Shown here piece after piece: positions 1 to 9,747 of a DNA stretch of 64,000 bases. Within the stretch, counting starts at the first letter, position 1, and each line of letters starts with the position of its first letter. Source of the stretch: an uncultured Actinomycetes bacterium (GTDB lineage: Bacteria > Actinomycetota > Thermoleophilia > Gaiellales > Gaiellaceae); contig CAWHYL010000003.1 of assembly GCA_963833655.1 (NCBI GenBank), positions 160,100-224,099 of the forward strand, in the 5' to 3' direction. The notes beneath the pieces are model-generated. The model had not been told where the DNA came from. It saw only the letters and a list, made by a program, of their open reading frames with translations, and did not search any database. The position numbers and the translations under genes were made by a program.

Positions 1-492
1 GAGAACGCCGAGAAGGTGGGCCTCCGGAAGGTGATCGGCGAAGACATGGTCAAGGTCGTCGTCAAGGCACTGACCGGCGGCGGCACGCAGATGCCGAAGA
101 ACTGGAACCGGCGCTTCAAGCACAACCGCGACAAGATGAAGACCGGCGACATCCTCGAGCTCGCGGAGGTCGTCCGGAACCTGTCGCTGCGCGACCACGA
201 GAAGGGCCTGTCCACCGGCGAGAAGCAGATGTTCGTGAAGGCGAAGAAGATCCTCGCCAGCGAGCTGATGTACGCCAAGGACATGGACGAGGAGGAGGCC
301 GCCGAGTGGCTCGACGGCGTCCTCGTCTCGAGCGCGAACGGCACGGCGAACGGTCGCAAGACGACGGCGAAGCCGGCAAAGGTTGCGTCGAAGACGACCG
401 CGGCCAAGCCCGCGGCAGCTCGCAAGCCGGCCGCGCGGAAGGCCCCGGCGAAGCCCGCACCGAAGACGAAGGCGCGCAGCGCCTCGAGGTGA
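1..492 (+). CDS. carD: CarD/CdnL-family RNA-polymerase-binding regulator, 5' end cut by the window edge, with a Lys/Ala/Pro-rich basic C-terminal tail
   Basis: Reading frame of ORF 16..492 is open from base 1. C-terminal CarD-like motif RDHEKGLSTGEKQMFVKAKKIL. Lies upstream of ispD, as in many Gram-positive genomes. Confidence 0.85.
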   Translation, partial: ENAEKVGLRKVIGEDMVKVVVKALTGGGTQMPKNWNRRFKHNRDKMKTGDILELAEVVRNLSLRDHEKGLSTGEKQMFVKAKKILASELMYAKDMDEEEAAEWLDGVLVSSANGTANGRKTTAKPAKVASKTTAAKPAAARKPAARKAPAKPAPKTKARSASR

Positions 493-1151
493 GCGCGTGG
501 GCCGTCCTCGCTGCAGCCGGTAGCGGGGAGAGGCTCGGCGCAGACCGGCCCAAGGCGTTCGTCCGCCTCGGCGAGCAACCGCTCCTCGCGGAGAGCCTCG
601 CGCGGCTCGACGCGTCCGACTGGATCGACGCGATCGTCGTCGCAGCGCCCCCCGGCTGGGAGGAGCCGGCGATCCTGCTCGCAGAGGAGCTCGGCTGCGG
701 CAAGGTCAGCGCCTGCGTGACGGGCGGAGCGACGCGAACCGACTCGGTCCGCGTCGGCGTCGCCGAGGTTCCGCCTGATGCGGCCGTCATCCTCGTCCAC
801 GACGCGGCGCGCCCGCTGCTCGACGACTCCGTCGTCGAACGTGTCGTGACGGCGCTCGGCGACGGCTGGGACGGGGCGGTGCCCGCGCTGCGGGTTGCCG
901 ACACCGTAAAGCGTGTCGACGGCGAACGCATCGTCGAGACGCTGCAGCGCGACGAGCTCAGGACGGTGCAGACGCCGCAGGCGTTCGTTGCCGACGTCCT
1001 GCGCGGTGCTCTTGCCTCCGGCTCCGCGTGGACCGACTGCGCGGCGGCCGTCGAGGCGGCGGGCGGTCGGGTGCGCGTCGTCGCCGGCGACCCACGGCTG
1101 CTGAAGGTCACCGACGCGGCCGATCTCGACCGCGCGGCTGCGCTCCTGTGA
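489..1151 (+). CDS. ispD: 2-C-methyl-D-erythritol 4-phosphate cytidylyltransferase
   Basis: In-frame GTG at 489 inside ORF 306..1151. Shows AVLAAAGSGERLG (P-loop-like), VLVHDAARPL and VQTPQAF motifs typical of IspD. Confidence 0.9.
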   Translation: MSAWAVLAAAGSGERLGADRPKAFVRLGEQPLLAESLARLDASDWIDAIVVAAPPGWEEPAILLAEELGCGKVSACVTGGATRTDSVRVGVAEVPPDAAVILVHDAARPLLDDSVVERVVTALGDGWDGAVPALRVADTVKRVDGERIVETLQRDELRTVQTPQAFVADVLRGALASGSAWTDCAAAVEAAGGRVRVVAGDPRLLKVTDAADLDRAAALL

Positions 1152-1948
1152 TCGTCGACTACCACATGCACCTGCGCAACGAGCGCGAGGAGATCGCGCA
1201 CGACGCGCCGTCGGTCGAGCCGTTCGTCGCTGCGGCGCGTGCGGCAGGCGTCGACGAGATCGGCTTCACCGAGCACGCGTACTACTTCACACAGCTGCGC
1301 ACGCTCTGGTCGGTGCCGTACCAGATGGAGCGCTGCGTCTACGACCTCGACGCGTATGTCGGCGCGGTGCTGCACGCGCGCGAGCGCGGTCTCCCGGTCA
1401 AGCTCGGCCTGGAGGTCGACTACGTGCCCGGCCGCGAGGACGAGACGCGCGCGCTGCTTGCGTCGTATCCGTGGGACTACCTGCTCGGGTCGGTGCACTT
1501 CGTCGACGGGCTCGGGATCGACGGCGCGCCGCGCCTCGCCGACGAGGTGGGCGTGGAGGGGATGTGGCGGCGCTACTTCGAGCTGCTCGCGCGCGCGGCG
1601 CGCAGCCGCCTGTTCGACTCGCTGTCGCACCCGGATCTCGCGAAGGTGTTCGGCGACCGCATCGCGTTCGACTACACGGCGATCTCGGACGCGATCGCGG
1701 AATCGGGCGTCGCCGTCGAGGTCTCGACGGCGGGCCTGCGCAAGCCCGTCGGCGAGCTCTACCCGCATCCCGACTTCCTCGGCGCGTGCCGGGAGCGCGG
1801 CGTTCCGGTCACGACCGGATCGGACGCTCACGTTCCGGAGCTCGTCGGACGGGACTTCGACCGCGCGCGGGAGCTGCTGCGGGCCGCCGGCTACGAGACG
1901 GTTACCGTGTTCGAGGGGCGACGGGCTCGCCAGGAGCCGATCGGGTGA
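1148..1948 (+). CDS. PHP-family histidinol-phosphatase-like phosphoesterase
   Basis: GTG 1148 overlaps the ispD stop (GTGA). Starts VDYHMHL, then TEHAYY, LGLEVDY, GSVHF and SDAH metal-ligand motifs of HisJ/PHP enzymes. Confidence 0.8.
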   Translation: MIVDYHMHLRNEREEIAHDAPSVEPFVAAARAAGVDEIGFTEHAYYFTQLRTLWSVPYQMERCVYDLDAYVGAVLHARERGLPVKLGLEVDYVPGREDETRALLASYPWDYLLGSVHFVDGLGIDGAPRLADEVGVEGMWRRYFELLARAARSRLFDSLSHPDLAKVFGDRIAFDYTAISDAIAESGVAVEVSTAGLRKPVGELYPHPDFLGACRERGVPVTTGSDAHVPELVGRDFDRARELLRAAGYETVTVFEGRRARQEPIG

Positions 1949-2415
1949 GCTACCGCGTCGGGCTGGGCGTCGACGCCCACGCATTTGCCGACGGCGTGCC
2001 GCTCGTGCTCGCCGGCGTGCCGTTCGACTCCCCGCGGGGGCTCGCCGGGCACAGCGACGGAGACGTGATCACGCACGCACTGATCGACGCAGTCCTCGGT
2101 GCAGCCGGCCTCGGCGACATCGGCTCGCTGTTCCCGTCCGATACCTCGACGCCGGAGGGCATCTCGTCGCTCGAGCTGCTGCGCGGTGCGCTCGAGCAGG
2201 TGCGCGGCGCGGGTTACGCCGTCGCCAATGCGGACTGCATCCTCATCGGTGAGGAGCCGCGCATCTCGGGCCGGCGACAGGAGCTCGAGCGGACGCTGTC
2301 GGATCTCGTCGGGGCGCCGGTGACGGTGCGCGCGACCACGACCGACAAGCTCGGGTTCACCGGCCGCGGCGAGGGGCTCGCGGCAGAAGCGGTCGCGCTG
2401 CTCACGCGGATCTGA
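1945..2415 (+). CDS. ispF: 2-C-methyl-D-erythritol 2,4-cyclodiphosphate synthase
   Basis: GTG 1945 overlaps the PHP gene stop (GTGA). YRVGLGVDAHAF...GHSDGDV...HAL.DA..GA motifs are diagnostic for IspF. Confidence 0.93.
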   Translation: MSYRVGLGVDAHAFADGVPLVLAGVPFDSPRGLAGHSDGDVITHALIDAVLGAAGLGDIGSLFPSDTSTPEGISSLELLRGALEQVRGAGYAVANADCILIGEEPRISGRRQELERTLSDLVGAPVTVRATTTDKLGFTGRGEGLAAEAVALLTRI

Positions 2416-3526
2416 GCAGCTCCTCCGCGCGCGGCGCGGTACGGATCGTGCGCGACAGGCTTGCCGCGAGCCCGACCGCGGCGGCGAGGGCGGCGACGAC
2501 GAGGATCGTCTTGACGGGGCCGATGTGCTCCAGCAGGAGTCCGGCTGCCAGCTGCCCGAGCGGGATCGCGCCCCACGCCACGACGAGCGCCGCGCTGCCG
2601 ACACGCGCGAGCAGCCGGTCGGGGACGAGCGCGTACCGGTACGTCGAGAACGCGACGTTGAAGATCGGCCCGAAGACACCGCCGACGGCCCAGACCGCGC
2701 CGAGCGCGTACGGGCTCTTCAGGAACGCGCTGATGAACGCCCCCAGCGCCCAGACCCAGAAGGAGCCGATCATGATCACCTTCGCGTGCACGCGGCGCTG
2801 CACCCACGGTGCGACGAGGGAGCCGACGATCGCGCCGCCGCCGAGGAAGGCGAGCATCACGCCGACCGTCGCGGACGAGGCACCGAGGCTCTTCGCGCGC
2901 ACGATGAGCGCGAGGATCATTGCGCTGAACGCGAAGTTCGAGCCGGCGACGAGCAGGACGCCCACGCGCATGAACGGCTGGTGCCAGAGCCAGCGGACCC
3001 CTTCGAGCATCTCGGCGCGCAGCCTTGTCACCGAGCGCGGCCGCTCCTCCTGGAACGCCGTGCGGACGAACAGGAGCGAGACCACCGAGACCGCGTACGA
3101 GATCGCGTCCGCCGCGAACGGGAGCAGGCGGCTGATCCCGAACAGCGCGCCGCCGAGCGGCTGGCCGACGAGATCGGCGCCCTGGATCCGCGCCTGATTC
3201 TGCGCGACCGCCGTCGCGAGCTGCTCCTTCGTGACGACCTGCGGCAAGGCCGCGGACTCCGACAGGCTGAAGAACACGAACATGCATCCCTCGACGAACG
3301 CGACGACGATGACCTGCGCGAACGTGAAGTCGTGGAGCGCGAGCGCGGCGGCGAGGCTCGCGAGCGCGAGCGTGCGGACGACGTCGGCGACGATCATCGT
3401 GCGTTTGCGGTCCCAGCGGTCGACGAGCGCGCCGGCCGGAAGGTAGAAGAGCATGTACGGCAGCGTCTGCGCGAAGCCGACGATGCCGGCCTTCGCAGGC
3501 GACTGCGTCTCGGCGAGGACGAGCAA
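2402..3526 (-). CDS. MFS transporter; true start uncertain and probably upstream of the first canonical start
   Basis: ORF 2402..3526 is polytopic and hydrophobic with an MFS-like DRWDRKR loop. A conserved-looking N-terminus (PLWRNRDFILLWSGQ) continues in frame upstream to 3631 without any ATG, GTG or TTG. Confidence 0.8.
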   Translation of the reverse strand: MLVLAETQSPAKAGIVGFAQTLPYMLFYLPAGALVDRWDRKRTMIVADVVRTLALASLAAALALHDFTFAQVIVVAFVEGCMFVFFSLSESAALPQVVTKEQLATAVAQNQARIQGADLVGQPLGGALFGISRLLPFAADAISYAVSVVSLLFVRTAFQEERPRSVTRLRAEMLEGVRWLWHQPFMRVGVLLVAGSNFAFSAMILALIVRAKSLGASSATVGVMLAFLGGGAIVGSLVAPWVQRRVHAKVIMIGSFWVWALGAFISAFLKSPYALGAVWAVGGVFGPIFNVAFSTYRYALVPDRLLARVGSAALVVAWGAIPLGQLAAGLLLEHIGPVKTILVVAALAAAVGLAASLSRTIRTAPRAEELLRSA

Positions 3527-3627
3527 CGGGTACGCGACACCGGTGACGCGCGTGCCGATCGTGGAGACGACCTGGCCGCTCCACAGCAGGATGAAGTCGC
3601 GGTTACGCCAGAGCGGCCGGTGCTCGC

Positions 3628-4029
3628 CTACCGGCGGCGGCCCTTCTTCGCGCGCTCCATCTGACGCTTCATCTGCCTGTTCATCGGGATCGCGTCAGCC
3701 TGCTGCGACGTCGCGTCGAGGTACGCGGCGCGCTCCTCACGCGTGAGGCGCGAGATGGCCTGCGCCGCCCGCTGCGGGTCCTTGTCGACCCCGGCCCGCT
3801 CCATCTTCTTGACGGCGCTTGCCAGCTCCGGGTTCTGCCGCTCGAGTGCCGCCTGCGACATCTTGCGCATCCCCTTGCCGACGAGCGGGAGCCTCATCAG
3901 GAAGCCGACGATCGGCTTGAGGTACTTGCCGCCGGCGATCCTCCCCAGCAGCGCGAAAATGCCGAACACGATCAGCAGCGCGGCGAGCACGTAGAGCGGG
4001 ATCAGGATGATCCAGATGTTGGCGATCAC
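3628..4029 (-). CDS. Hypothetical small membrane protein (N-terminal TM helix, basic C-terminal tail)
   Basis: ORF 3628..4029. GTG start overlaps the mutY stop (GTGA). Has the TM segment IWIILIPLYVLAALLIVFGIFALL. No family recognised. Confidence 0.55.
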   Translation of the reverse strand: MIANIWIILIPLYVLAALLIVFGIFALLGRIAGGKYLKPIVGFLMRLPLVGKGMRKMSQAALERQNPELASAVKKMERAGVDKDPQRAAQAISRLTREERAAYLDATSQQADAIPMNRQMKRQMERAKKGRRR

Positions 4030-4760
4030 GCGCGGATCGTAGCCTCTCGCGGGAGCGCCACGACGCCGTCGTCGACCTCGACCAGGCCGTCACGCGCGAG
4101 CGACTCCACGGCTTCGGCGTCGCAGTGCGCGAGCGGCCGCTCGGCCGCCGCGACGAGGCGCAGCGTCCGGGCGCGACGCTCCCGGAACGAGCCCTCGAAA
4201 CGGGACTGCTTGCGCAGCGGTTCGTAGCGCCGCCCGCGCGACGGGCAGCCCGCGGCGAGCGGGCAGATGCCGCAGCGCGGAACGCGCGCGAGGCACACGG
4301 TTGCGCCGAGGTCCATCAGCGCCTGCGCGGCGACGGGCGAGAACGTCCCGGCCGTCCGCTCCTGCACACGGCGCACGTTGGTGTCGATCGGGAGGACGGC
4401 GCGGCCGAAGGCGAAGTTCGAGACGGCCGCAGCCGTGTAGGGACCGACGCCCGGGAGCGCGGTCAGGTCGTCGGGCCAGCCGTGCGCGGCGACGTGCTGC
4501 GCCGCCCGGTGCAGGTTGATGCCGCGTCGGTTGTAGCCGAGCCCCTGCCACGCCCGGATGACGTCGGCGGCCGGCGCCGTCGCGAGCGCGTCGACCGTCG
4601 GCCAGCGCGCGAGCCACTCCTCGTAGCGGGGAATGACGCGCTCCACCTGCGTCTGCTGCAGCATGACCTCCGACACGAGGATCGCATACGGGTCTCGGGT
4701 GCGGCGCCACGGGAGCTCGCGGCGGTGTCGTCCGAACCAGGCCAGCAGGAGCTCTTCCAC
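4026..4760 (-). CDS. mutY: A/G-specific adenine DNA glycosylase (MutY-type HhH-GPD with 4Fe-4S loop), short form without an obvious NUDIX-like C-terminal domain
   Basis: In-frame GTG at 4760, 10 nt after the upstream gene stop. Shows LPWRRTRDPYAILVSEVMLQQTQV, GLGYNRR, LPGVGPYTA and the cluster motif C-x6-C-x2-C-x5-C (CLARVPRCGICPLAAGC). Confidence 0.85.
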   Translation of the reverse strand: MEELLLAWFGRHRRELPWRRTRDPYAILVSEVMLQQTQVERVIPRYEEWLARWPTVDALATAPAADVIRAWQGLGYNRRGINLHRAAQHVAAHGWPDDLTALPGVGPYTAAAVSNFAFGRAVLPIDTNVRRVQERTAGTFSPVAAQALMDLGATVCLARVPRCGICPLAAGCPSRGRRYEPLRKQSRFEGSFRERRARTLRLVAAAERPLAHCDAEAVESLARDGLVEVDDGVVALPREATIRA

Positions 4761-4770
4761 CGCCGGCAGC

Positions 4771-7020
4771 CTAGGGATTCTCGACACCGGGGCCGGCCAA
4801 CGCCTCGACCCAGTCGAGCGTTCGTCCGCACAGCGCCGCCGCGTTCGGCGGCGCCTCAAGGCGGGTGCCCGACTCGGGCTGGAGGAGGAGCGGGCCCAGC
4901 GGGAATCCGCCGCCGCCGGTGCCCGGGCGAAGCGCGGGGAGCGCCAGCGTTAGCGTGATTCGGTGTGGCCCCGCCGCGAGGGCGGCCGAGCCGACATCGA
5001 GCCACTGGCCGGCGTTCTGGAGCTGCGTCGATACGCGACCGAGCTTTGCTCCGTCGATACCGGCCGTCAGCGTGCCGCGCACCGAGCCGCCGACCCAAAG
5101 CCGATACGGGCCGGCGCGCGGCAACCGGATCGTCAGTGCCGCCGTCCCGGATCCGCTCGGGATCACAGCTCCGCCGCTCGGGAGCCAGGTGGCCGGCTGG
5201 GTCGCCGAGTCGAGGGGCCAGATCAGGTTCGTCGGTCGCGACGCCGCTTCCGCGCGACCCAGCCGTGCGAGGCGGACGACGCCGCGGCAGGGCGTGACGG
5301 CGCCGGGCTCGAGCTGTCCTCCGAGCGGCAGATGCGCGAGGACGCCTGCCCCCGGCCGGCGCTGCCAGACCTCGTACCAGCGGCCCGCCCACGCCAGGCG
5401 ATAAGGAGCCGGAGGACGCGACTCGGTCGGCGAGCGACGCAGGACGAGCGTGCGGTACACGAGCAGCGCGCTCAGCTGGACCCGGTCGACGTCGACGTAC
5501 TGGCCCTTTGCCGCTACGCGCCCGTCGCGGAGGAGGATCGGACGCCTCCGCAGCTCCGACGTGCCCTCCGCGTCGAGCCTCCGCAGGAAGTGCCTCACGC
5601 CGTACGGCTCGTACTCCGTCATCAACGCCGGTCCCTGGCCCGCGAAGTCCTTGCCGATCCGCTCGAGCTCCGCGAGCTGGGCACGGGGTGCGAGATCGAC
5701 GTCGTGGTAGGCGAGCGCGTTCGAAGACACGACGCCGAGCGCGAGCGCGGCTCCCGCACCGATGCCCGCGACGAGCGCGGCGCGGCGACGTGCTCCACGA
5801 GGCGAGGCGAGGCCCGCGCAGCCGACGAACGCGCTCAGGAGCACGAGCGGCGACCCGATCGCGAGCGCCTTCGCCGCGAACCACGGCGCTCCGAACACGA
5901 CGAACACGACGGTGCCGAGGAGCGCGCTCGCAACGCCGAGCTCGAGTGACCACGCCCGGCGCGTCACGGCCACGAGCACGCCAACGCACGCCATGGCGGC
6001 GGCGACGGCCAAGAGCAATCCCGTCACGAGCCGGTGTGACGGATCGGTGCGGAAGTCGCCGCTCGGCCACACACCAAGGAGCTGCAGCGGCCGCAACGGT
6101 CGAACGAGGTTCCCGAGCTCGGCGCCGTTCTCGAAGATCGCGCGGTTGTCGCCTCCGAGGAAGGCGCCGATCGCGAGCAGCGCCGGGAGCGCGAGCACGG
6201 CGGTTGCGGCAGTCGCGGTCGCCGCCGCGGCGCGCGCGCGAGGGGCGAGGAGCGCTAGCGGAACGAGCAGTGGGATGAGCCATACCGCGCCACCGCCGCT
6301 GACTGTGTCGAGCAGCGCGGCGAACGCGATTGCGACGGGAACGAGGCTCCGCGGCGCGGTCGAGGGTCGGATCGTGCCCAGGAGCGCGGCGGACGTCGCC
6401 AGGATCGCCGCCGTCGCCAGCTCCTTTACGCCGCCCCACATCGCGAAGCCGAAGAGCAGCGCCGACTGCGCCGCGAGGAACGCGACGACCGCACGCGCGG
6501 GTCGCGCTCGGATCAGCGGCGACGCGATCGCGTACAGCGATAGCGCAAGCATCGCGCCGCAGAACGACAGCCACGGCTGGTAGAGCCATGCGGCATCCGT
6601 TCGGACGAGCTCGTGCCCGATGCCGAGCGGCATGAGAGATCCGAGCGGATAGCCGTGCGCGAGGTTGATTGCGAGCGTCGCCTCGTAGCTCGAGGGCGCG
6701 AGCCCGGCGAGGCTGCGGCCGTGCTCCATCACGCGATCGGTCAGCGCGAGGAATGTTGCTGTGTCGTCGAGCTTGACGTACCCGGCGAACGTCGCCGTCC
6801 CCGACAAGAGGATCGGGGCGCCGTAGACGAGGAAGACGGCGGCCGCGGCGGCGAGCGCCCAGATGTCGAGGCGCACCCTGCGCGCAAGGACGAAACCGGC
6901 GGCCGCAAGTGCCGCGACCAGTGGTGTCGTGAAGGGCGCGGTCGAGGGAAGGCTGACCGTCAGCGAAGAGACGACCACGATCGTGCACAGCCCGAGCGGC
7001 AGCACGACGACCGGCCCCAC
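4771..7020 (-). CDS. Large polytopic membrane protein with a roughly 300-aa C-terminal extracytoplasmic domain; possibly a GT-C-type glycosyltransferase
   Basis: ORF 4771..7020, 749 aa. More than 10 hydrophobic segments, a DD motif in the first loop (YVKLDDTATF) and a soluble C-terminal part. The family assignment is inference only. Confidence 0.7.
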   Translation of the reverse strand: MGPVVVLPLGLCTIVVVSSLTVSLPSTAPFTTPLVAALAAAGFVLARRVRLDIWALAAAAAVFLVYGAPILLSGTATFAGYVKLDDTATFLALTDRVMEHGRSLAGLAPSSYEATLAINLAHGYPLGSLMPLGIGHELVRTDAAWLYQPWLSFCGAMLALSLYAIASPLIRARPARAVVAFLAAQSALLFGFAMWGGVKELATAAILATSAALLGTIRPSTAPRSLVPVAIAFAALLDTVSGGGAVWLIPLLVPLALLAPRARAAAATATAATAVLALPALLAIGAFLGGDNRAIFENGAELGNLVRPLRPLQLLGVWPSGDFRTDPSHRLVTGLLLAVAAAMACVGVLVAVTRRAWSLELGVASALLGTVVFVVFGAPWFAAKALAIGSPLVLLSAFVGCAGLASPRGARRRAALVAGIGAGAALALGVVSSNALAYHDVDLAPRAQLAELERIGKDFAGQGPALMTEYEPYGVRHFLRRLDAEGTSELRRRPILLRDGRVAAKGQYVDVDRVQLSALLVYRTLVLRRSPTESRPPAPYRLAWAGRWYEVWQRRPGAGVLAHLPLGGQLEPGAVTPCRGVVRLARLGRAEAASRPTNLIWPLDSATQPATWLPSGGAVIPSGSGTAALTIRLPRAGPYRLWVGGSVRGTLTAGIDGAKLGRVSTQLQNAGQWLDVGSAALAAGPHRITLTLALPALRPGTGGGGFPLGPLLLQPESGTRLEAPPNAAALCGRTLDWVEALAGPGVENP

Positions 7021-7698
7021 CCGCGCGTCCGCGACCTCCTCGACGAGCAGCCCGCAGCCGAGCGAGAGCGCCAGAAGGAGCAGCGGGAACAGAAGCCAGG
7101 GAACGAGCAGCGTCAGCGGAGACCGACTCGCTCACACGGCGACGGACGCAGCAAGGAGCCGACGATAAACGTGCCGTCTGACGAGGCCGACCCGGCGGAA
7201 TTGCGCCGTCCAGCGCCGTCTCTAGACTCGCCCGCGTGGCTGTGATGCCCCGCGCCGCGCGTTTCGCATTGCTCGCGTCGGCGACGGCGCTCTGCGTGGC
7301 TGCGCTCACTGCGCCGGCGCAGGCCGCGCGGATGCAGTCCGGCGTCATCTACACGTGCGGCGCTGTCAGCACAGGCGTCTTGCGAGTCCAGTCGGGGCCG
7401 GAGCGCTGCGCGAGCGGCCAGATCGCAGCGAACTGGTCGTCGTCCGACCCACACGCGACGAAGCCCGCATTCGGCTGCGCGGCAAGCCCGAACGGCGTGC
7501 TGCACACCTACACCGCAGACCGGACTTGTCCGAGCGGCCAGACGAAGGAGAGCTGGCTCGCGCTCGCCGACGGGAACACGACCGTCGACATCCACGTCTG
7601 CGTCAACCGCACCACGCACGTGACGCAGCTCGTCAATCCGCTGCAAGCTTGCAAGCGGACACAGTTCCGGCTCGCCTGGCCGCAGCTCCTCGCGGGCG

Positions 7699-9069
<1,371 letters not shown>

Positions 9070-9079
9070 AGGAGGAACG

Positions 9080-9715
9080 ATGATCGAGACCACCACCGCG
9101 ACGCCGGCGACAGGACGGCCAGCTCGTCCCCGCAGCGGAGCGCGGCGACGCCGTGGAGCTGCTGCGATCGTCGTTGCGCTGATCGTCTTCGTGGCCGTCG
9201 GAGCGCTCGTCTGGTTCCTCTCGTCCACCGACTCGATGGGCTCGACGGAGCCGATCGCGCCGGCAGTCGCGGCAAGCGGCCCCGTTCACGGCGTCGCGGC
9301 GAAGGTCGTCTCGGTCCAGGCGCTGCACCGACTCGTCCGCGCGAACGGCCGGCCGCTGTACTGGGCCGGCGCGCGCCGCGCGACGCGGATCGAGTACACG
9401 CGCCGAACCGACGGGACGACGTTCGTCCGCTACCTGACGGGTCACGCGAAGGCCGGCGACCCGAGTGCCGGCTACGTCGTCGTCGCCACCTACTCGCAAC
9501 CCGACGCGTACCGGCGCGTGTCGGCGATCGCCTCCCGCAGCCACCTCACGGAGGTGCGGCTCGGGGACGGCGGCGTCGCGATCACGCGCCCCGGCCGGCC
9601 GCAGAACATCTATCTCGTCTACCCGAAGCGTCCGTACCAGATCGAGGTGTACGCGCCGACTCCGCAACGGGCGCGCCGGCTCGTGTTCGCGGGCGCGATC
9701 AAGCCCGTCGGCTAG
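9080..9715 (+). CDS. Hypothetical membrane-anchored protein (Arg-rich N-terminus, one TM helix, extracytoplasmic domain)
   Basis: ORF 9080..9715. ATG lies 10 nt after the collagen gene stop, preceded by the SD GAGGAGGA. TM segment is AAAIVVALIVFVAVGALVWFL. Confidence 0.6.
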   Translation: MIETTTATPATGRPARPRSGARRRRGAAAIVVALIVFVAVGALVWFLSSTDSMGSTEPIAPAVAASGPVHGVAAKVVSVQALHRLVRANGRPLYWAGARRATRIEYTRRTDGTTFVRYLTGHAKAGDPSAGYVVVATYSQPDAYRRVSAIASRSHLTEVRLGDGGVAITRPGRPQNIYLVYPKRPYQIEVYAPTPQRARRLVFAGAIKPVG

Positions 9716-9747
9716 CACCGGCGGCAGGCCCCTAGACTGGGCCGCAG

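Noticed and set aside
116-1984. Very long ORFs antisense to, or out of frame with, recognisable genes. Examples: 116..1984 -, 4856..7348 -, 17054..19279 +, 23541..25787 +, 29668..32499 +, 32573..34798 +, 41318..41686 upstream extension, 55820..57952 -.
   Set aside because: Their translations are Arg/Ala/Pro/Gly-rich low-complexity strings with no motifs. Each overlaps a strand or frame that encodes a clearly recognisable protein. Such stop-free shadow ORFs are expected in DNA this GC-rich.
7021-7130. Upstream in-frame extension of the 749-aa membrane protein encoding another TM-like segment (LTLLVPWLLFPLLLLALSLGCGLLV), reachable only from CTG codons.
   Set aside because: The GTG at 7020 already yields a plausible N-terminal TM helix. 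Hydrophobic Leu-rich strings arise readily in this composition, and nothing requires the extension.
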